64,000 bases of DNA from the human T2T-CHM13v2.0 reference genome, Homo sapiens, in NCBI RefSeq assembly GCF_009914755.1, contig NC_060933.1, one strand, 5' to 3'. Both the position numbers and the translations under genes were made by a program. A model generated the notes under the pieces. It saw nothing but the letters and a program-made list of their open reading frames with translations, did not search any database and was not told the origin of the DNA. Of this stretch, positions 59,422 through 64,000 are shown one piece after another (within the stretch, counting starts at the first letter, position 1; every line of letters begins with the position of its first letter).

Positions 59422-59715
59422 TTTTTTTTTTTTGAGATGGAGTCTCACTCTGTCACCCAGGCTAGAGTGCAGTGGCGTGATCTCCGCTCACCACAACCTC
59501 TGCCTCCTGGGTTCAAGTGATTCTCCTGCCTCAGCCTCCTGAGTAGCTGAGCTTACGGGCACATGCTACTGCGCCCAGCTAATTTTTGTATTTTTAGTAG
59601 AGATGGGGTTTCACCATGTTGGCCAGGCTGGTCTTCAACTCCAGACCTCAGGTCATCTGCCTGCCTTGGCTTCCCAAAGTGCTGGGATTACAGGCATGAG
59701 CTGCTGTGCCTGGCC
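59422..59715 (-). mobile_element. AluSx-like
   Basis: Full Alu with degenerate TSD tatatttt(t/c)attc. Confidence 0.93.
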
Positions 59716-59759
59716 TATATTTTCATTCTTTAGTTCTTGTAAAAAAAAAATTCAGAATA

Positions 59760-60365
59760 AATGAGAGGGAACAGATGATGTGAAGGGGGTGGATAGTAAA
59801 TACAGTTGGTGACACACTGATTCTGAGATACCTCTGAAGCATCTGAATGTAGATATTGAGACTATTGGTAGATCCTCAGAGCTGGAAGTCATGAGGGAAT
59901 TGTGGGCTGCAGAGAGTTTTGGAAGTCATTAGCCTATATAGATGAGAGTTGAAGCCATGGATGAGGTTTCTCTGAAAGAGAGAAAATGAGAAGAAGCCAA
60001 GGATAAAGCTCAGGGGAACACTAATATTTAAGGAGCTGGCAAAGAGAAGGAGCTAGCAAAATCTATAGGGTTCATTTACAGCTACTTACACAGTGATTTA
60101 AAGTCATTTCATATGTGAAAAACATAAGACCAATGGATATCCACATATAGATTTGATTTGTGTTGTGTAAGGATATACACAAATGCAGGCAAAGGAACCC
60201 ACATGCTGTGGATTTGTTCACTCATTCACTCATTCACAGTGGATGCATTGATTCTTTCAATGAATGTTTACTGAGCACTTACTGTGTTCCTGGCATTATT
60301 CTAACCACTAGGGATAGAGCAGTAAGCCAAACAGGTTACGTCCCTTCCCTAGCGGAGTTTTACTA
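59760..60365 (-). mobile_element. L2 fragments
   Basis: ttggaagtcattagcctata...gttgaagccatgg and tttactgagcacttactgtgttcctggca. Confidence 0.65.
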
Positions 60366-61429
60366 TGGCACATACCACCACACACACCACTAAATACTTT
60401 AGAGCTTGCTCTCCAAGAGGGAGAGCAGAATGTAGACAGGCTCTGTATTTTTACCTCTCAAGAATCCTGTGTCTTCCTAAAGGATTGCTTGTCATCACAC
60501 CAACTCATAGCTTTGGCCCTGGTGCTGTATTTGACTTTTATTCACTTAAAAGGTTAACTGGATGGCTGAATTACAGGATTCTAGCCAAAGTGTGCTCCCT
60601 AGAGGATTCCCAGCTAATCAGTCAGCTGAGCTGAGCTGACGACTGTCTTCCATTCCTAAGGAGCTGGGCATTTGCAGGCTGAGCTCACACTGTGAAGGCT
60701 CAGCAAGACCTTGATCTCCCTTCCCAAGTCATGGCTGAGTGACAGGGAGCAGCAAAGGTCATGGTTCAAATCTGAGGTGGCAGATTCTGAGGACAAAGCC
60801 TGCAGAGATCGCTTTCTATTGGGAACTTTCTCATTTTAATTCCTTGTCAGAATATTCCAACTCCAGGCCTTCCAACTCCAAGGAAACTGAGGCAAAAATC
60901 TACCTTCTATCTTGTTATTTCCCCCAGATTAATATTTTTCTTAAAATTTTCTCAGATAATTAGTAGATCAGAGATTTTCTTTATTTTGGGGCTGGTATGT
61001 TTTGGGTTTTCATTGGCTAATTAGCCAACTTCATCTCTAGAACTTTCTGTTTCTATCAATATCTATCCAAGGATGTCTCTAATCTCCCTGGTTCTTTAAC
61101 GTAATTCCCATGCATGAAGCCCCCCACACCCGCTTCTTTCTCCATTGTCTGGTTGAGATCTAGTGGAAAGCCTACATGGCAGTGGAGATTGGAAAGTAGT
61201 CTTTGGGTGAAAATATGCTCCATTATGGCTAAAGTGTTGGCTATGCCAGTCCTTTTAATTAATGAACTTAAAGTAACCTTAGACTCCTTCCTCTTCCATC
61301 ATCTGTCATACCTAAATAATTATATATGAATTAGATTTCTTAAAATGCTATATGTACATGCATGCTTTAGCAAGTAACTTTTAATGCATCCCTATTACAG
61401 ACTGGAACCCAAATTTATTAGCCTATTCT

Positions 61430-61910
61430 TTGACCTAGTGATGAGTGCTTTCAGGATTTATCTTACCAATAGAGTCATACATGCAAAATAACCTATTTGA
61501 AAAATTATTTATTGTAGCATTATATGTAATAGCAAAATACAGGAAGTGATTTAACTGTCCATTTATTGGGGACTGTTAATAAATTATGATTCATCTCTAC
61601 AGTGGAGTACTATGCAGCTGTTAAAAAGGAAATTATTTATATACTGATGATAATGACCTCTAAACTATACTGTAAAATGAAAACAGCTAAAATTTGTGAA
61701 AAAAGAATACACACGCATACACACATGCATATCCAATTTCTTGTAATATGCACTTAATATCCCTGGAAGCATACATAAGAAACATCAGTTTCCTCAGGAG
61801 TGGAGAGTTGGGTAACTGAGGAATAGGAGTGGGAGGGGAACTTTTCACTATAATATGCTATGGGGACTTTTGATTTTTGAGCCATGTAAATTGTTACAGA
61901 TAAATATACA
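61430..61910 (+). mobile_element. L1ME-type 3' fragment
   Basis: ttattgtagcattatatgtaatagcaaaa...gtggagtactatgcagctgttaaaaagg. Confidence 0.7.
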
Positions 61911-61916
61911 AATAGG

Positions 61917-62222
61917 AGCTAGGCGAGATGCCTCACACCTGTAATCTCAACACTTTGGTAGGCTGAGATAGGCGGGTTGCCTGAATCCAGGAGCTCAATA
62001 CTAGCCTGGGCAACATGGAAAATCCCCATCTCTACAAAAAATATGAAAATTAGCCAGGCGTGGTGGCATGCACCCGTAGACCCAGCTTTTCGTGAGGCTG
62101 AGGTGGGGGGATCACTTGAACCCAGGAGGTTGAAGCCGTAGTGAGCCTTGGTTGCATCACTGCACTCCAGCCTGGTAGACAGAGTGAGACCCTGTCTCAT
62201 AAATAAATAAACAAACAAAAAC
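61917..62222 (+). mobile_element. AluJ
   Basis: Diverged Alu with agcctgggcaacat and gaggtggg...atcacttga J-type bases; (TAAA/CAAA) tail. Confidence 0.9.
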
Positions 62223-62799
62223 ACTTTAAATTTTAAAATTCTTCACCTGGCATTTGAAAGCCCCTCACAATCTGCCCTTGATTATATTATCAGGCATATT
62301 TCTAGAATATCACATTTTCCCTTGCACAAGCCGTCTGCTCTGCCCACCAAGCACCTCCTGCCTCATGTGTGATTCCATTTAGGTCCTTTCAAAGCCAAGT
62401 TGCCAGGTTCTAGTTCCAATTCTACCCAACTCGCGTTTTCTGGAAACTCCGCAAAAAGCACTGTGCCTGCAGCTGCAGGCTATACTCTCAACTTAGCCTT
62501 TTCTCACTTTGTATTCCCTGGGCATGTAAAATTTGTTAGGGCAACATCCTTGATCTTAGACCCTTTTGTGGAGGGAAGGAAAATAAATGGGGTAGAAAGA
62601 GCTGACAAAAGCTTCAAACTTCTTCAGTATCTGCTTAAAGGCCCATCTCCGCTAGGAAACCAGGCCTATCCATTCAGCCATGGAGATCTCCTCCCCTGGC
62701 TCCTATAAGTCTAATTATGATGACCCATACCACCGCCCAGCACCGACCTTATGTAGCCATACATTGACATGTGTGATCATGCTGTGTCCCCCCACCAAC

Positions 62800-63480
62800 T
62801 CAATCTATGTCTTTACCAAATATTTAATGAACACCACCATGCTACCATGTTACCAGGTAGCAAAAGATGACCGAGACCCCATTCCTGCTGACAATGGAAC
62901 TCATAGGAGAATCAAATAACAATTGTACTTGAAGAAATTGTCTCTAAGATAGTGCGACATGGAATTGAGACCTCTGTGCTCTGCATGGAAGACCCGAGAG
63001 GGCTGCTAAGGGGATACTGTCCTTGACATGAGTCATGAGGATATATATGTATCACTTTTCAAGTGGAAACAAGCGGAAAAAGAAAAAGGCATTTAACAAG
63101 AAGGTGTTTCAGGAGAATTCCAACTAATTCAGTATGGCTGAAGTACACAGCACCTGCAAAAAAGCAAAGGTGGTGAGGGTGGATCCATAGGCATGAGCTA
63201 AAACAAATTCCTCCTGTGTGTAGGCTCCTTAGCAGCAGAGATTTTTGTGTGTTTATTGATGGATCCTGGGTGCTCCATAGTGCCTGGCACAGAACAGGTA
63301 CTAAATATATATTTGTTGTATAGGAAAACAAATCAATGTTGGAAATGGATTAATAAATGTATGTCAGGACCAGAAGTTTGGACTTTGACCTAAAGGGTTA
63401 TTGAAGGACTTTAGTCAGCTCAATGGCTAGGTCATACGTTCATTTCAGATAAGCACGTAATCAACTGGAAAACAAATGAA
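62800..63480. mobile_element. L2 fragments in both orientations
   Basis: Antisense L2 (aaatatttaatgaacacc...) interrupted by a sense L2 3' end at ~63210-63330 (atagtgcctggcacag...aaatatatatttgttg). Confidence 0.6.
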
Positions 63481-63499
63481 AGTATATAAAGGGGCTCAA

Positions 63500-64000
63500 T
63501 GTGAAGGCTTACAGAGAACACACAGACATCATCTCTTTATACATATATGTAATGTCCAATAATAAAATAAATAGCAATAAAAATTTAAAACACCAAGTAA
63601 AATTAAAATGTGCAAGATGTACATCTTTAAAAACAATAAAACTTAATAAAAGAATAAAAAGAAGAAGACTTGACTAAATAAAGGGAAACATCATGTTCTT
63701 GGGCAGGAAGTCTCATATTGTAAAGATGTCACGCTTCCCTAAAGTAATATATAAATGTAATACAGTTTCAATTAAAATCCCAGTGAGGTTTTGTGGTACT
63801 TGACGAATAGCTTTTAAAATTCATTTATATGTACAGGTGAATGAAAACGGCCAAGAAAAACTTGAAAAACCAATAAAAATGAGAAAGGAGCTTGCTTAAC
63901 CAGATCAAAAGACACCAAATAAATTTATGGTAACTAAAACAGTAAGGTACTTAGAGCAGGAACACAGAAATTGAACAGAGTCAAGTATCTAAAAACAAAT
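63500..64000 (+). mobile_element. Ancient L1M ORF2 fragment
   Basis: catgttcttgggcaggaagtctcatattgtaaagatgtca...taaaattcatttat. Confidence 0.75.

Overview
Primate nuclear genomic DNA, almost certainly human: an AluYa5 carrying all five diagnostic bases is present. The window is dominated by interspersed repeats. These include a near-full-length, inactivated L1PA6/7 on the minus strand at the left edge, a truncated L1PA13-like element, two L1PA4-like 3' fragments in opposite orientation, about 10 Alus, a full-length Tigger1, Charlie/MER DNA-transposon fossils, solo LTRs (THE1B, MSTA, MLT1C, LTR16, LTR33), and L1M, L2, L3 and MIR relics. I found no protein-coding exon, RNA gene, CpG island or CRISPR array that I can support, and I cannot name the locus. 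The long ORFs in the track are L1/Tigger remnants or chance ORFs. I did not find a convincing new biological system. The best leads are structural: a probably polymorphic AluYa5 that creates a close inverted-Alu pair, an L1 with a 19-nt 3' transduction tag, two inverted L1PA4 copies sharing non-consensus bases, a twin-primed L1MA, multi-level TE nesting, and several fold-back palindromes that are not in the parent consensus. Subfamily names come from recalled consensus features, not from a database search.
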